53,791 nucleotides of DNA from a virus (Duplodnaviria; Caudoviricetes), in the IMG/VR virus record IMGVR_UViG_3300048041_000085, positions 1-53,791 of that record, one strand, 5' to 3'. Both the position numbers and the translations under genes were made by a program. The notes under the pieces are model-generated. The model searched no databases. It saw only the letters and a program-made list of their open reading frames with translations, and was not told where the DNA came from. Shown piece by piece: positions 17,419 to 27,258 of the stretch (within the stretch, counting starts at the first letter, position 1; every line of letters begins with the position of its first letter).

Positions 17419-19137
17419 TTAGTAATTAATATCACTATACGTTAAGTTCGGACTCAAGTGCGAAATCAAGCTTGGATCATCACGCCATCTATGTTCTTGT
17501 ACAGGTGGTTCTTCTGTCGGTAAATATACTAGCTCACGTGCTCTTATTTCAATAAATGCTTGAGATACAGCGTCGACTAAGTCTTGATCTTTAGAGGTAG
17601 GACACCCTAACAGGGCTTGCATCACTCTATTAGCAAATGGATACAATATACCATTCTCATTTGAAGGTAACCATACAAGCCCTTGCTCTACCGTGATACT
17701 AGCTAACCGTGCACGTCTTGTTTTGCCTGATTCATCACTGCCACCACTTAACCCACGAACATTAGGATTAAACCCGAATATGGGAAGGCCTGAACGATTT
17801 AAGTCTTGAATTATTCCCTTACCTTGGAGTGTATCCTCTATGAGTATGATGTCAGCTGCCTTAGATAGTGCAGGGTCTCTCATCTCGATAGAATGAGATC
17901 TAAGAGATGGGTTTATACTGTGATAGTTCCTACCTAATCTTATAATCATTCGCCTTAGATCAGGTTGCTCTAGTTTCCCTGACCATGCGCCCAATAAGAT
18001 CAAATGAAATGCATTGTCAAGCGTTTGAAAGACGCCGAAGGTGCAGCAAGCTGATTCGCAGGCGTCAATTCCAGTCGCAACTGCTGTGTCCCAACTCTGG
18101 ACTATACATAAACAAGCAGGTGCCTTTCCTTCATCCCAGATATTAAACCACTCCCGTTTGAAAATGTTACCTGATTCTGCTGTCGGTAGCTGTTGGAGCT
18201 GAGAGCTTCTATTATACTCTGTACCTAGCATGATCTTTAATTCATCTACATAAGAGCGTGGCATACGTGATGGCCAGAGGAGTTCTTTGTCTTTAGAACG
18301 GGGATCAGTCCAGGCTGTCTTACTATCACCGATAGGAATCGTTACACATTTACGAGCTGGATCAAATTCCATGGGTAACATCAAATGATATGTCTTGGGT
18401 AATTTCATGTCTAACAGAAGCTGAGCCGCATCCTCCTCATGTAATCTTTGCATAATAAGAATGGTTACGCTAGTTGTGGTGCTGTCTTGACGCACAAAGA
18501 TCGAATACAGACGGGCACGCGTTCTATCTCTTAATGTCTTATAGATGATGTCGTCTGCTCTGTTGATATCATCAAATATGTTAATGTCTCCACCATGACC
18601 AACAGCATTACCGCCAATAGATTTAATAATGCGTTCTCCGCCTCTCATATTAGCGAACCTAGAGTTGGTATTCACATCCTTCCGCAACTTGACTTGAGTG
18701 CCCCAGAATTTTTGATATAATTCAGACTCTATAATGCGTTTGCATTTAATAGAGTCACGCATAGAGAGATCTTTATCACCTGTTAGACAAAATACCTTCT
18801 TATGAGAATGTTTTATCCAGGCAAAAGCGGGAAAGAATACGTTACAGATTAAGGATTTCATGCAACGAAAAGGAATATTAATAACAAGGTAACGTATCTT
18901 ACCTTCAAGTGTGGCCTGGAGATGCAGAGCTATATCTCTGATATGCCAATTGTCAAAAAACTGGTGTTCTCCTTCTACAATATGCCAGAAAGTCTTGATG
19001 AAATAATGAAGAGACTCTTCACACTTGCGCTTAGTCTCTTGCTCTTCTTCAGTTAGAATAACGAATTGATATTTACGTTGCTCTTGTACTTCTATGCATG
19101 ATTCATGCCTCTTTTTTAGCAGAGTAGCAACTGACAT
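17419..19137 (-). CDS. terL: Terminase large subunit
   Basis: Walker A NIPFRCMKS, Walker B DINIFDD, MQRLHE.D, QQ.P, nuclease SWDTA and D.DLVDA.SQA. Confidence 0.93.
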   Translation of the reverse strand: MSVATLLKKRHESCIEVQEQRKYQFVILTEEEQETKRKCEESLHYFIKTFWHIVEGEHQFFDNWHIRDIALHLQATLEGKIRYLVINIPFRCMKSLICNVFFPAFAWIKHSHKKVFCLTGDKDLSMRDSIKCKRIIESELYQKFWGTQVKLRKDVNTNSRFANMRGGERIIKSIGGNAVGHGGDINIFDDINRADDIIYKTLRDRTRARLYSIFVRQDSTTTSVTILIMQRLHEEDAAQLLLDMKLPKTYHLMLPMEFDPARKCVTIPIGDSKTAWTDPRSKDKELLWPSRMPRSYVDELKIMLGTEYNRSSQLQQLPTAESGNIFKREWFNIWDEGKAPACLCIVQSWDTAVATGIDACESACCTFGVFQTLDNAFHLILLGAWSGKLEQPDLRRMIIRLGRNYHSINPSLRSHSIEMRDPALSKAADIILIEDTLQGKGIIQDLNRSGLPIFGFNPNVRGLSGGSDESGKTRRARLASITVEQGLVWLPSNENGILYPFANRVMQALLGCPTSKDQDLVDAVSQAFIEIRARELVYLPTEEPPVQEHRWRDDPSLISHLSPNLTYSDINY

Positions 19138-19340
19138 CCACTAATCTTGAAAAACAATCATGATATCTATAAAAACGGTAATAAAGAACACAATGCCTAG
19201 AAACATAGCTGCCAAACAAATAATTTTCTCTTCCCAAGTCGCATCCTCAAGATAGTTTATGAATTCGTTCATCATCTATACACCTGTCTCTATAATGTTT
19301 TTTACACTATAACAAAACAGTAACAAATTTTATATAAATT

Positions 19341-19715
19341 TTATTTAACTGATAATATAAGCATACCTGCTGTCGTAACATTATTAGGATTCTGTAACCC
19401 ACCTATTCCATAATGATCAGGTGCTGTATCATCGTCGTGAGAAAAATCTTTACCATGATAAAAATGTAATTTAATCAACCCTTCATCTGTCCAATAATAA
19501 GAATAATCTGATGTCTTGCTCGTCTTCCATGGCCAAGGCCAGCCTTGAGAAGGATCAATATAGGTTTCTAATTTCTTTATCTCATCTAAAAATCCTTCTT
19601 CATTTCTGGCATCAAGAACCTCAATAACTCCGGAGGGGTATCCATCATGAGATACACTCCCTACCCACTTTGAATCTTTCCCTTTACCAATATAGAAATC
19701 TGCGCGTGTACCCAT
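19341..19715 (-). CDS. Conserved phage hypothetical (MGTR..HDGYP type)
   Basis: MGTRADFY...SHDGYPSG motif. Confidence 0.6.
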   Translation of the reverse strand: MGTRADFYIGKGKDSKWVGSVSHDGYPSGVIEVLDARNEEGFLDEIKKLETYIDPSQGWPWPWKTSKTSDYSYYWTDEGLIKLHFYHGKDFSHDDDTAPDHYGIGGLQNPNNVTTAGMLILSVK

Positions 19716-19985
19716 CTAAAAATCCTTAATGTCTATGCCCACACCTAAGTCATGAGGCTGTCGTGCTGGTAGCCCCATTTTATCAACTCCATTGCCATTT
19801 CCATCGAAAATATCTAAATGACGGGCTTTCCTTGAAAGTTCAAGCGCCTCCTTAAATACTTGGAATAAGTTTTCGTCTTCGATATTGTCCATTCCCTCAA
19901 TTGTGAATATTCCATGTTCCCATTTGATGGTAATTTCATGACGATTAATGAATGTTATTATTCCATATTGTTTTTTATTTCTCAT
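19716..19985 (-). CDS. Hypothetical protein
   Basis: Tightly packed ORF. Confidence 0.5.
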   Translation of the reverse strand: MRNKKQYGIITFINRHEITIKWEHGIFTIEGMDNIEDENLFQVFKEALELSRKARHLDIFDGNGNGVDKMGLPARQPHDLGVGIDIKDF

Positions 19986-20282
19986 TTAAAGCTCCGTTAT
20001 CTTAATAGGATACAAAAATTCTACCATTTTCTTGTTCTTGATATATGTAGGTGTCCTTTTCCCCTTCACATCTTCAACACCAATGTTGCCGTCTTTCCAT
20101 ACCACATAGAAATCACAGAGATATTTAACATTACCCGGAAGATGGAATGGAGCTTGCCGCAGGAAGTACAATACTTCTCCCGCTTGTTGTAATAACTTAA
20201 GCTCACAATATCGATTTGCTTCCTTTTTAGAACTAAAAGGTATGGCGTCAATAGTGGTACGTACGTTACGATACTTATTCAT
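19986..20282 (-). CDS. DUF1064-family PD-(D/E)XK endonuclease
   Basis: NKYRN..T.ID.I.F.SKKEA.RY..L, Y.CDF, EDVKG..T..Y..K.K. Confidence 0.85.
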   Translation of the reverse strand: MNKYRNVRTTIDAIPFSSKKEANRYCELKLLQQAGEVLYFLRQAPFHLPGNVKYLCDFYVVWKDGNIGVEDVKGKRTPTYIKNKKMVEFLYPIKITEL

Positions 20283-20322
20283 CCTCTAAATAACCTCGTT
20301 AACATGTTTACATCCATCACCA

Positions 20323-20760
20323 TCAATCTTTCCTCTTCCTAGTATGTTTCTTACGCTTATGCAGCTTGTTCTTTACATATTTACGCTTGGTGCGTGCAGG
20401 TAAGGCTGTATCTATACAAACAATAGGATTACCGTTGACATCAACACCAATACCGGGTGCATATCTAGGATTATCCGTAGCAAATATAAGATTGAGACCA
20501 GACGCTGGATCTACCTGAGTCTTAACCTTCATATTACCTTCAGAATCGCCAAATAAGTATTCACTAAAAACTCTTCTCTTAAAGACAAACGTCCTCCCAA
20601 TAGTCTTAGCAAACCATCCATCATTCGCTTTAATGGGATGGCTACACATAAATTCCCACTTGCTATCATCCACAATATATTTAGGCATATGCGCATAATC
20701 TTCGTGCGAATAACTATTGTAATAAAGATAGGAGTATAGTTTATTTTCTTCTTCTTTCAT
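20323..20760 (-). CDS. Hypothetical protein with basic C-terminus
   Basis: ORF with AGGA SD. Confidence 0.55.
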   Translation of the reverse strand: MKEEENKLYSYLYYNSYSHEDYAHMPKYIVDDSKWEFMCSHPIKANDGWFAKTIGRTFVFKRRVFSEYLFGDSEGNMKVKTQVDPASGLNLIFATDNPRYAPGIGVDVNGNPIVCIDTALPARTKRKYVKNKLHKRKKHTRKRKD

Positions 20761-20841
20761 TTTCTTTTCCTATTTAATTTTAAAAAATATCTGTAATTCT
20801 CTCCACAGCTTGTTCCTTGCAAGATCAGATAATTTCAGCCA

Positions 20842-21024
20842 TTAGATACTTCCCGTTAGAGTTTTACATTGATCATTATTCAGAGTTGCGCCCGGCTCTT
20901 TCTTCTTCTCGTGCCCTTTTTTAAGTTCCACAATATTCCAGTTAAGATCATCAATATTTTTACGTTGAATAGCAACATGCGACTCAAGTATATTTATTCG
21001 ATCTTCCATTTCATTACTCATCAT
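20842..21024 (-). CDS. Small coiled-coil protein
   Basis: EDRINILESHVAIQ resembles a segment of 21468..22019. Confidence 0.5.
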   Translation of the reverse strand: MMSNEMEDRINILESHVAIQRKNIDDLNWNIVELKKGHEKKKEPGATLNNDQCKTLTGSI

Positions 21025-21258
21025 TTACCCTTTCTACCGCCTCAAGCTTATCCAATCTCTCTTTATGTCCCTTCAAGCTTATATTGATCTGTGTCAATCG
21101 ACCATTATTCACAGCAACATCCGACAATGCTTTATCTAGTTTTTCTTCTATCGCTTTTATTTTCTCTTCCATAGTATAGGATATCCTAAATTTGTATTAA
21201 ATTTGTATTTTTTAATACAATAATTAAATATATGTTTTTAACTTACTTCATGTGTGTA

Positions 21259-21480
21259 CTATATTTTATTTTGTAATTCTTTCATTTTGTTAAAAGTCAT
21301 AGTCAAAAGCGATGTTATATCTAAGTTATTAATTGGAATTAAAGATAATAACTCTTCAACTGTTCCAACTGTTGATACGTCTATACTCGGTGCTGTACTA
21401 TCTGCGGGAGCAGTAGAAGCAAGAGAGTATGGATTATCTGTACTTTTGCTAATTGCCCTCGCAAGAACTATCTTCTCCAT
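21259..21480 (-). CDS. Hypothetical protein sharing LASTAP motif with upstream gene
   Basis: 36-bp near-repeat with 21875-21910. Confidence 0.5.
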   Translation of the reverse strand: MEKIVLARAISKSTDNPYSLASTAPADSTAPSIDVSTVGTVEELLSLIPINNLDITSLLTMTFNKMKELQNKI

Positions 21481-22019
21481 TCTCTAGTCTTTAGTCTCTC
21501 AAGACTCTCTAGTCTCTCAAGACGTTCATTGAACTTCACCATATGTGATGAAAGCCCATTCATACCTTCATCTTGTATATCAATATGTTCTTCAAGCGTC
21601 TTTATTCTACCTTCCAAGCTCTTATCTCCCTTATCATTCCACCTACGTTTCATTTCTTTTATCTCAAGATCACTTACCATATCATTCTCTCCCTCTGATA
21701 ACCCAACACATCCCTTAACTTCTCTGAAGTTCACAAGACTCTCTAGTCTCTCAACAAGACGCTCTCTTTCACGCATATAAGAACACTTACCCATCTCTCC
21801 CACAAAATCATCCCTATCTATTCCACCTAATAAGTCCGCAAGGTTCACTAATGCAAAATGAATGAGTAATCTATGTGCTGTGCCATCTGAGGGAGCAGTA
21901 GAAGCAAGAGGATTAAGCTTGTCATTCAGTTGTTGAAGGAAATTGGATATAGCAGAGAGATGGGATACAACAATTTTTATATCCATGCTTATTGTTCTAA
22001 TATCTTGTAAAATTTTCAT
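21468..22019 (-). CDS. Coiled-coil hypothetical protein with internal repeats
   Basis: ERLESL repeats; AAGGA SD. Confidence 0.55.
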   Translation of the reverse strand: MKILQDIRTISMDIKIVVSHLSAISNFLQQLNDKLNPLASTAPSDGTAHRLLIHFALVNLADLLGGIDRDDFVGEMGKCSYMRERERLVERLESLVNFREVKGCVGLSEGENDMVSDLEIKEMKRRWNDKGDKSLEGRIKTLEEHIDIQDEGMNGLSSHMVKFNERLERLESLERLKTREWRR

Positions 22020-22081
22020 GATTTTGTTCCTTTAAAGTTATATACTGCTAAATTATCGCCATCTTCTATATTGTTCGTTAG

Positions 22082-22300
22082 TCATTTTCTTTCCTCTGGA
22101 GGAAAGAAGGGTTGATCAATTTGCTGAATATCCACAGCTCTTGGAAAGTCCTGGCGGTGAGAATTACAAATCATGTCTTTCAATTCCTCTTTAGCTCTTC
22201 CAATTCTTGCATTCCAATCTATGCCTTTTCGTCTTACATACCATTCGCCAATGATGTAACAAATGTCATCTTCTTGCTCTCGTGTGAGAAGAGTTTTCAT
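22082..22300 (-). CDS. Hypothetical phage protein
   Basis: ORF in early operon. Confidence 0.55.
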   Translation of the reverse strand: MKTLLTREQEDDICYIIGEWYVRRKGIDWNARIGRAKEELKDMICNSHRQDFPRAVDIQQIDQPFFPPEERK

Positions 22301-22522
22301 TTATCTTTCCCCCCTGAATTCTGATGACGATATAAACTTATTAATTTTATAAAGGATTATATTTCTATTGAAATGCATCATAGAAACTCGAAAAGCGTAT
22401 GCGTGTATGAATGTTATCATGAATGCTAAGAAAGACTTGATCTCAAACAATGCAATTACAAATGCTGGTAACATAATTTGTAAAACAATATTCATGCACA
22501 ATACTAAATATGTTTTTTTCAT
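22301..22522 (-). CDS. Small two-TM membrane protein
   Basis: Two hydrophobic segments; GAGGAGG SD. Confidence 0.55.
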   Translation of the reverse strand: MKKTYLVLCMNIVLQIMLPAFVIALFEIKSFLAFMITFIHAYAFRVSMMHFNRNIILYKINKFISSSEFRGER

Positions 22523-22974
22523 TTATCTTCCTCCTCACAATATTTCAATATTTCATTTTCAATATTCTTCAATATACTATAGCTTGTCTTGATATTAACA
22601 ACCTTGCTGATTTCATTATTAATAATACTGTTCATTATTTCGTAAGCTTTTAGTCCTTTTTCACTTAGACTAATTAGGTTTACACGTTTATCAAGACTCT
22701 TATCTTCTATGTTTACATATCCCTTAGAATGAGCTAGCCCCACATAGTAAGAGACGCTTTCCTGTTCTAATCGTGCTTTTTTCCTAAATTCAGTAACTGA
22801 CATTTTCTTATTAAGATTACCCAACATCTGAATCATATAAACAACTTTGTAATTCAGTTCGTTTACGTCTTGTTTTTCGAGTTCATTTAAAAGAAAAATT
22901 GATAATTCCTTATTAAGAGAAAATAGCAACTCAGTAAGTTTAAAGAAGTCTTTGCCTGTAGGGATATAATTCAA
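22519..22974 (-). CDS. MarR-like winged-helix regulator
   Basis: SVSYYVG....KGYV.....DKRVNLISLSEKG winged-helix pattern. Confidence 0.75.
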   Translation of the reverse strand: MNYIPTGKDFFKLTELLFSLNKELSIFLLNELEKQDVNELNYKVVYMIQMLGNLNKKMSVTEFRKKARLEQESVSYYVGLAHSKGYVNIEDKSLDKRVNLISLSEKGLKAYEIMNSIINNEISKVVNIKTSYSILKNIENEILKYCEEEDK

Positions 22975-22989
22975 ATTTATCTTTCCTTT

Positions 22990-23748
22990 TTATAAGTTTC
23001 GTAGCCATTTTTGAATCGAAAAAAGAACTTCAAGAGGCAATTCTACTAATTCTTCATTTCGATCAAGTTTCATAAAGTTATTGAGCACAAGATTTGCCGT
23101 CCTTGTTGCCTTAGCGTCATCTGCTATTATTGCTGCTTCCTGTTTAAGAACCCATAAGGTTTTTAAATCCTTCTTTATCTTCTCTATGTCAACCGGCACA
23201 GGTTTTGTTTCTTTCGGTTCTTGTTCCTGAGGGTTTGCCGGTTGAGGTACAGATAGTTGTTTCTGTTGTATCTGATTATTAGTTTTCACATATTGATTAA
23301 GTGCTTTTCTATTATCATAATTTGGTAAAACAGAGTTGCCGTCATCATCATCATTAGCAGCAATCCCTAGCAATCCTAACAGTCCTCGACACTGGGCATA
23401 CGTCATACAAGCGCCCCACTGCTGCATACGCATAATAGGGAGAGGTTTCTTTTTTGTTGGATCTACAATTTCATTCTGATTATATTTTTCTTCAATAAGA
23501 AGTTTAACAAAAGACGAAACAGATGTATTACTTTCGGCATGAGTAAGATTAACCACACAAAAATCAGGTAAATTTTCGGGAACTGGAAAATTTACTACAA
23601 TTCCATTTTGTTTTAAGACAGGAGTAACACATTTCAAAACATGAGGAAGACTTGCATAAGAGCTCCGAAATACAGGGTTTTTAGCATCCTTCTCGATTGC
23701 TTCAAAATCACATAAAAGTAGCTGTGTATATATATTTTTTACTGTCAT
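22990..23748 (-). CDS. erf: ERF-family ssDNA annealing protein
   Basis: KDAKNPVFRSSYASL..V, Q.WGACMTYA.....LGIA..DDDGN. Confidence 0.85.
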   Translation of the reverse strand: MTVKNIYTQLLLCDFEAIEKDAKNPVFRSSYASLPHVLKCVTPVLKQNGIVVNFPVPENLPDFCVVNLTHAESNTSVSSFVKLLIEEKYNQNEIVDPTKKKPLPIMRMQQWGACMTYAQCRGLLGLLGIAANDDDDGNSVLPNYDNRKALNQYVKTNNQIQQKQLSVPQPANPQEQEPKETKPVPVDIEKIKKDLKTLWVLKQEAAIIADDAKATRTANLVLNNFMKLDRNEELVELPLEVLFSIQKWLRNL

Positions 23749-23751
23749 TCT

Positions 23752-24171
23752 CTAGAACTCCTTACTTTGACAAATTCTTAATGTTCTAACTTCACTCGAT
23801 TTACAAGAGTATTTTAAATAAAGTTCTGGATTTTCTTCCTTAAATAGCGTTGAATCGAAAGACGTTCTAGAATGAGCCTTGTAAGACAACATAATCTTAC
23901 CATCTCTTCCTAACAAATAATCTGATTCATTTATATAAGAAATTATCCCAGGCTTTAGATTCTTTTCTTCGGCCGATAAAATCTCTAGTTGTTTCTTAAT
24001 CTCTATATATCTATTAACCAATTCTTCATTTTCTTTATCAAGTGTCCTTGAATTCTGAAGCTTATTAGCTAAAACGATTTCTGAAGATGTTTTACCTCCA
24101 GACTGATCTTCTATCTTGTCAGCCCAGCTTAACCACCAGTCTTCTTTTTCTTTAACGATCATTTGGATCAT
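23752..24171 (-). CDS. Protein resembling only the C-terminal part of YqaJ-type recombination exonucleases
   Basis: Coiled coil + SYK...RTSFDS..FKEENPELY.KY......R.LRI; no nuclease core; adjacent to ERF. Confidence 0.5.
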   Translation of the reverse strand: MIQMIVKEKEDWWLSWADKIEDQSGGKTSSEIVLANKLQNSRTLDKENEELVNRYIEIKKQLEILSAEEKNLKPGIISYINESDYLLGRDGKIMLSYKAHSRTSFDSTLFKEENPELYLKYSCKSSEVRTLRICQSKEF

Positions 24172-24442
24172 CCTTACAAAATGTAAACTCTAATTGATGG
24201 AGAGCCATATCATGGTGAGGTTTTTCCTCTAAATATGTAATAACCTTTGTTGCTAATCTAGATATCGCCATAAAATCATTAAGAAGAGTGTCAGGATAAA
24301 GAGCCTCATCTAACGGTATGAGGTCTCTTATCATAAAATACTTGTTGAACTTGCGTAACGTTCTTGCAATATCTCTTGTGTTTTTTCTTCTCTGACTTAT
24401 CAAATAAGCATCTTTGTCGTTAGTTAATTTTCCCTGCATCAA
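24152..24442 (-). CDS. Hypothetical protein
   Basis: ORF track, operon context. Confidence 0.5.
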   Translation of the reverse strand: MMQGKLTNDKDAYLISQRRKNTRDIARTLRKFNKYFMIRDLIPLDEALYPDTLLNDFMAISRLATKVITYLEEKPHHDMALHQLEFTFCKDDPNDR

Positions 24443-24453
24443 TCTTTCCTATT

Positions 24454-24699
24454 TTAATTAAATTTATTGCAATATTCCGCAAAAGCTAGTAAATGTTCAT
24501 CTTTATGGAAAGGTATTTGTGTACTTCTTTCCCATATGTAAATAATTTTCTGAGAGTTACTTTGGTAAATAGCCTTTGTAAATATGTTGCGTTTTTCCCG
24601 TAAGAAATAAGAAAATGTCGGCGATATCTCTATACCTTCCATAACGATAGGTTGATAAAGATGGTTGATCGTTATTAAATCAAATTCTTGTATGTTCAT
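24454..24699 (-). CDS. Hypothetical protein
   Basis: ORF track, AGGAG SD. Confidence 0.5.
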   Translation of the reverse strand: MNIQEFDLITINHLYQPIVMEGIEISPTFSYFLREKRNIFTKAIYQSNSQKIIYIWERSTQIPFHKDEHLLAFAEYCNKFN

Positions 24700-25120
24700 G
24701 ATCTTCTCCTAGATTTTTTTCACTTTTCTCTTTGTTCTCATGATGGATAATTAAAGTTGAAATATCTTCATGCTCTCGTCCGCAGGCTAGAACACAAGCC
24801 GTTTCTCCAAATTTATTGTTAAAATGCGTATTAGCCCCGGATTCAATAAGGAATTTTGCAATATCGTAATAGCCACATATAGCCGCATGAATCAAAGGCG
24901 TGTCTCCCCGCGTATTTCGAGGGTTTAAATTACAACCCTTTGCAACAAGGATCTTTACAATGTCAATGTGTCCTCCGTAAGACGCTATCGACAAAGCTGA
25001 CTCTCCGAAAACATTCTTAAAATCAACATCTGCGCCCTCTTCAATGAGAGTTTTTACTCTCTCAAAGTCTCCCTCTTCTACAGCATCTACTAAAAAACCA
25101 CTGTGTAATTTATTTTCCAT
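24680..25120 (-). CDS. Ankyrin-repeat protein (~4 repeats)
   Basis: GESALSIASYGGHIDIVKILV.KG, GDTPLIHAA..G..DIAKFLIESGA, GETACVLA; AGGAGG SD. Confidence 0.95.
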   Translation of the reverse strand: MENKLHSGFLVDAVEEGDFERVKTLIEEGADVDFKNVFGESALSIASYGGHIDIVKILVAKGCNLNPRNTRGDTPLIHAAICGYYDIAKFLIESGANTHFNNKFGETACVLACGREHEDISTLIIHHENKEKSEKNLGEDHEHTRI

Positions 25121-25157
25121 GGTTGCCTCCTGTTACGTTTCTTATTCTTATGTTTAT

Positions 25158-25213
25158 AATATAATAATCTATTTTAAATTAGTCAAACGTTTTTTTAATT
25201 TTTTTTTTTTTTT
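25158..25213 (-). promoter_or_regulatory. Strong sigma70-like promoter with A-tract UP element for ankyrin/recombination operon
   Basis: TTGACT(25186-25181)-17nt-TATATT(25163-25158); T15 run at 25199-25213. Confidence 0.65.
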
Positions 25214-25300
25214 GGAAACAAAAATAGATTGATATTTTTTATGTAAAATTTTATATACTTTATAGATAAAACTAAATAGAGAAAAGGAAATCTAGAAAAG

Positions 25301-25756
25301 ATGAAAACAATAGATGCGCCTAAAAAGGTACGACATAAATTTCCGGTTGGACATAAATTTGCACCTGGAAGACCTAAAGGAACGCTTAATAAAGATAGAC
25401 TTGTTAGAGAAAGCATCTCAGAGGAAGAATTTAAATTACTAATGAAAGCCCTGATAGACCAGGCTTTAGGAAAAAAATCAGATCAAAAAATTGATTTAGT
25501 AGCTGCTAAAATGGTAATAGATCTCCTTCCTGTACATAAAAGCTTTATATTGCACAGTTCACTTAAGAAGATTCAGACAGCAGAACAAGTCGACAAAGCA
25601 ATGGAAGATACGTTAACGCTCGTAGGAAATGAAGAGTTGTCCCTTGAGGATGCCGTAATTGCAACGAATATCATCGGGAAAAGATATGAAACTATTTTGA
25701 CAGAACAAAATAAAATACTTAATGAAATCTTAGAACGTGAAAAGATTAATAGCTGA
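25301..25756 (+). CDS. Putative terminase small subunit (DUF5681-like)
   Basis: KFPVGHKFAPGRPKGTLNK N-terminal motif followed by helical segments. Confidence 0.6.
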   Translation: MKTIDAPKKVRHKFPVGHKFAPGRPKGTLNKDRLVRESISEEEFKLLMKALIDQALGKKSDQKIDLVAAKMVIDLLPVHKSFILHSSLKKIQTAEQVDKAMEDTLTLVGNEELSLEDAVIATNIIGKRYETILTEQNKILNEILEREKINS

Positions 25757-25783
25757 GTAGGAGTTCTAATACTACTCAGCTAT
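25749..25783. terminator. Hairpin between convergent units
   Basis: 12-bp perfect IR ATAGCTGAGTAG/CTACTCAGCTAT. Confidence 0.55.
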
Positions 25784-25934
25784 GCATATAAGAATCAATG
25801 ATTGTGCTGCTATTAAAATTCCTAGTATGCCCTTTAAAGATAAATTATCGATATATCAGCGTCAATATAAAATACTTTCATTTATAGGTTCGCTAAGATT
25901 ACGCCAAGTTCCTTGTGAGTTAAGTCATTAACCA

Positions 25935-26129
25935 TCATAAAGACCTAGAAAAAATATACTGATACCATTCGTTGTCCCAATCTTCGCACTCTTTTTCCTC
26001 TGTAATCATAAGATCTCGAAACATTCTAAAGATACAGGGTATTTTCTCTTCCTGAATTTCCTTATCGCGAGCGCACATATGCCAGGATAGGGGAATACTA
26101 TTGATTTCAGTAGGAAAGGATTTGTTCAT
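25935..26129 (-). CDS. Hypothetical protein downstream of rep
   Basis: ORF track. Confidence 0.45.
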   Translation of the reverse strand: MNKSFPTEINSIPLSWHMCARDKEIQEEKIPCIFRMFRDLMITEEKECEDWDNEWYQYIFSRSL

Positions 26130-26135
26130 TGAAAT

Positions 26136-27191
26136 TTAAGCCGCAATCTTTATTTTAAAAGCTTTCAAAATATTGTTTAATTTTGGATCTGTATCAAACT
26201 GATCTTTAAGAAAATTAGTTTTTGGAGTAAACGAGTAGTCATAATTATCATCATTAAAACAAGTTTCAAAGATAATATCCTTAAACCAAGCCTTATATGT
26301 TACAGGTGTTGCTAATTCAAGAATCTTAAACTTTAAATCCTTTATAGTTTCTGATTTTTCGTTATAGATGGAATATCTCATCTCACTTTCTATTTTATAG
26401 GGATCAACTGCCTCTTTTTCTTTTCTAGCCATCTCTTCTTTTTCCTTTTCTATTTTATTATTTAATCTAATGCTTATTAATTCTTGACTGTTGTTAATTT
26501 TACCATTGATAATCCATCTTTTAAATAAAGAATAGAAACCCTTCAAACACACCATGAATTTCTGTCCTACCTTTTGTAATCCGCTCGCTATCCTGCTTTT
26601 GATAGGGTTTGAATAGTTATCAACCATTCTTTTCATCTCATGCTCAACACTATCGCACTCAATGCCATCTATGATGAGCTGTGTCTTGATGACCTGTATG
26701 TTTTCCTCTATAGGGAAATTCTCTATAGGCATGAGACCTGTGTTTTTCTGTGAAATAACTTTTTTTGAAATAGCTAAATCCTTATTAGCTAATTCCTTAG
26801 GAAGAAAGGTAACCGTAGGTACGGGGGAATTTTGCCCTTCGGTGGAGGGGGGGCCATCAGGAGATACAAGCTTTCTTATGTTTTCCCACTTCATGGTGAA
26901 ATCAATGTAGCTAGCTATTATACGCCCCTGCGCATCTCTCACATACCCCTGTTTCTTATCTATAAGATCTAAATCTTTGAGATCTTTTGTAGAAGCTTTT
27001 ACAGATCTGTCTTTCCATGCGCCACCGACACTATTAATAAGATGATCAACAGAAATGCGGACGTTTTCATTTTCTCTGACTAAATGAATGAGCTTCGACA
27101 GCATAATTCCATTACGTCTGCCAAGGATTTTTATATAAAATGTATCTAAGAGATTTTTGCTTTGGAAATGATTAGATAAAAGAGTTGCCAT
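26136..27191 (-). CDS. Putative replication initiator with C-terminal DnaA_N-like domain
   Basis: wHTH-like N-terminus; C-terminal ELATPVTYKAWFKDI...TPKTNFLKDQF resembles DnaA domain I; GGAGG SD. Confidence 0.6.
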   Translation of the reverse strand: MATLLSNHFQSKNLLDTFYIKILGRRNGIMLSKLIHLVRENENVRISVDHLINSVGGAWKDRSVKASTKDLKDLDLIDKKQGYVRDAQGRIIASYIDFTMKWENIRKLVSPDGPPSTEGQNSPVPTVTFLPKELANKDLAISKKVISQKNTGLMPIENFPIEENIQVIKTQLIIDGIECDSVEHEMKRMVDNYSNPIKSRIASGLQKVGQKFMVCLKGFYSLFKRWIINGKINNSQELISIRLNNKIEKEKEEMARKEKEAVDPYKIESEMRYSIYNEKSETIKDLKFKILELATPVTYKAWFKDIIFETCFNDDNYDYSFTPKTNFLKDQFDTDPKLNNILKAFKIKIAA

Positions 27192-27258
27192 TATATGACA
27201 CCTCCCATAAAACTTAAAAAACTTATTCCAATGTTATTGTAATTTTGGTTAACGTATA

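Noticed and set aside
21390-21910. DGR template/variable repeat pair
   Set aside because: No reverse transcriptase; the repeat is only 36 bp and mismatches are not adenine-specific
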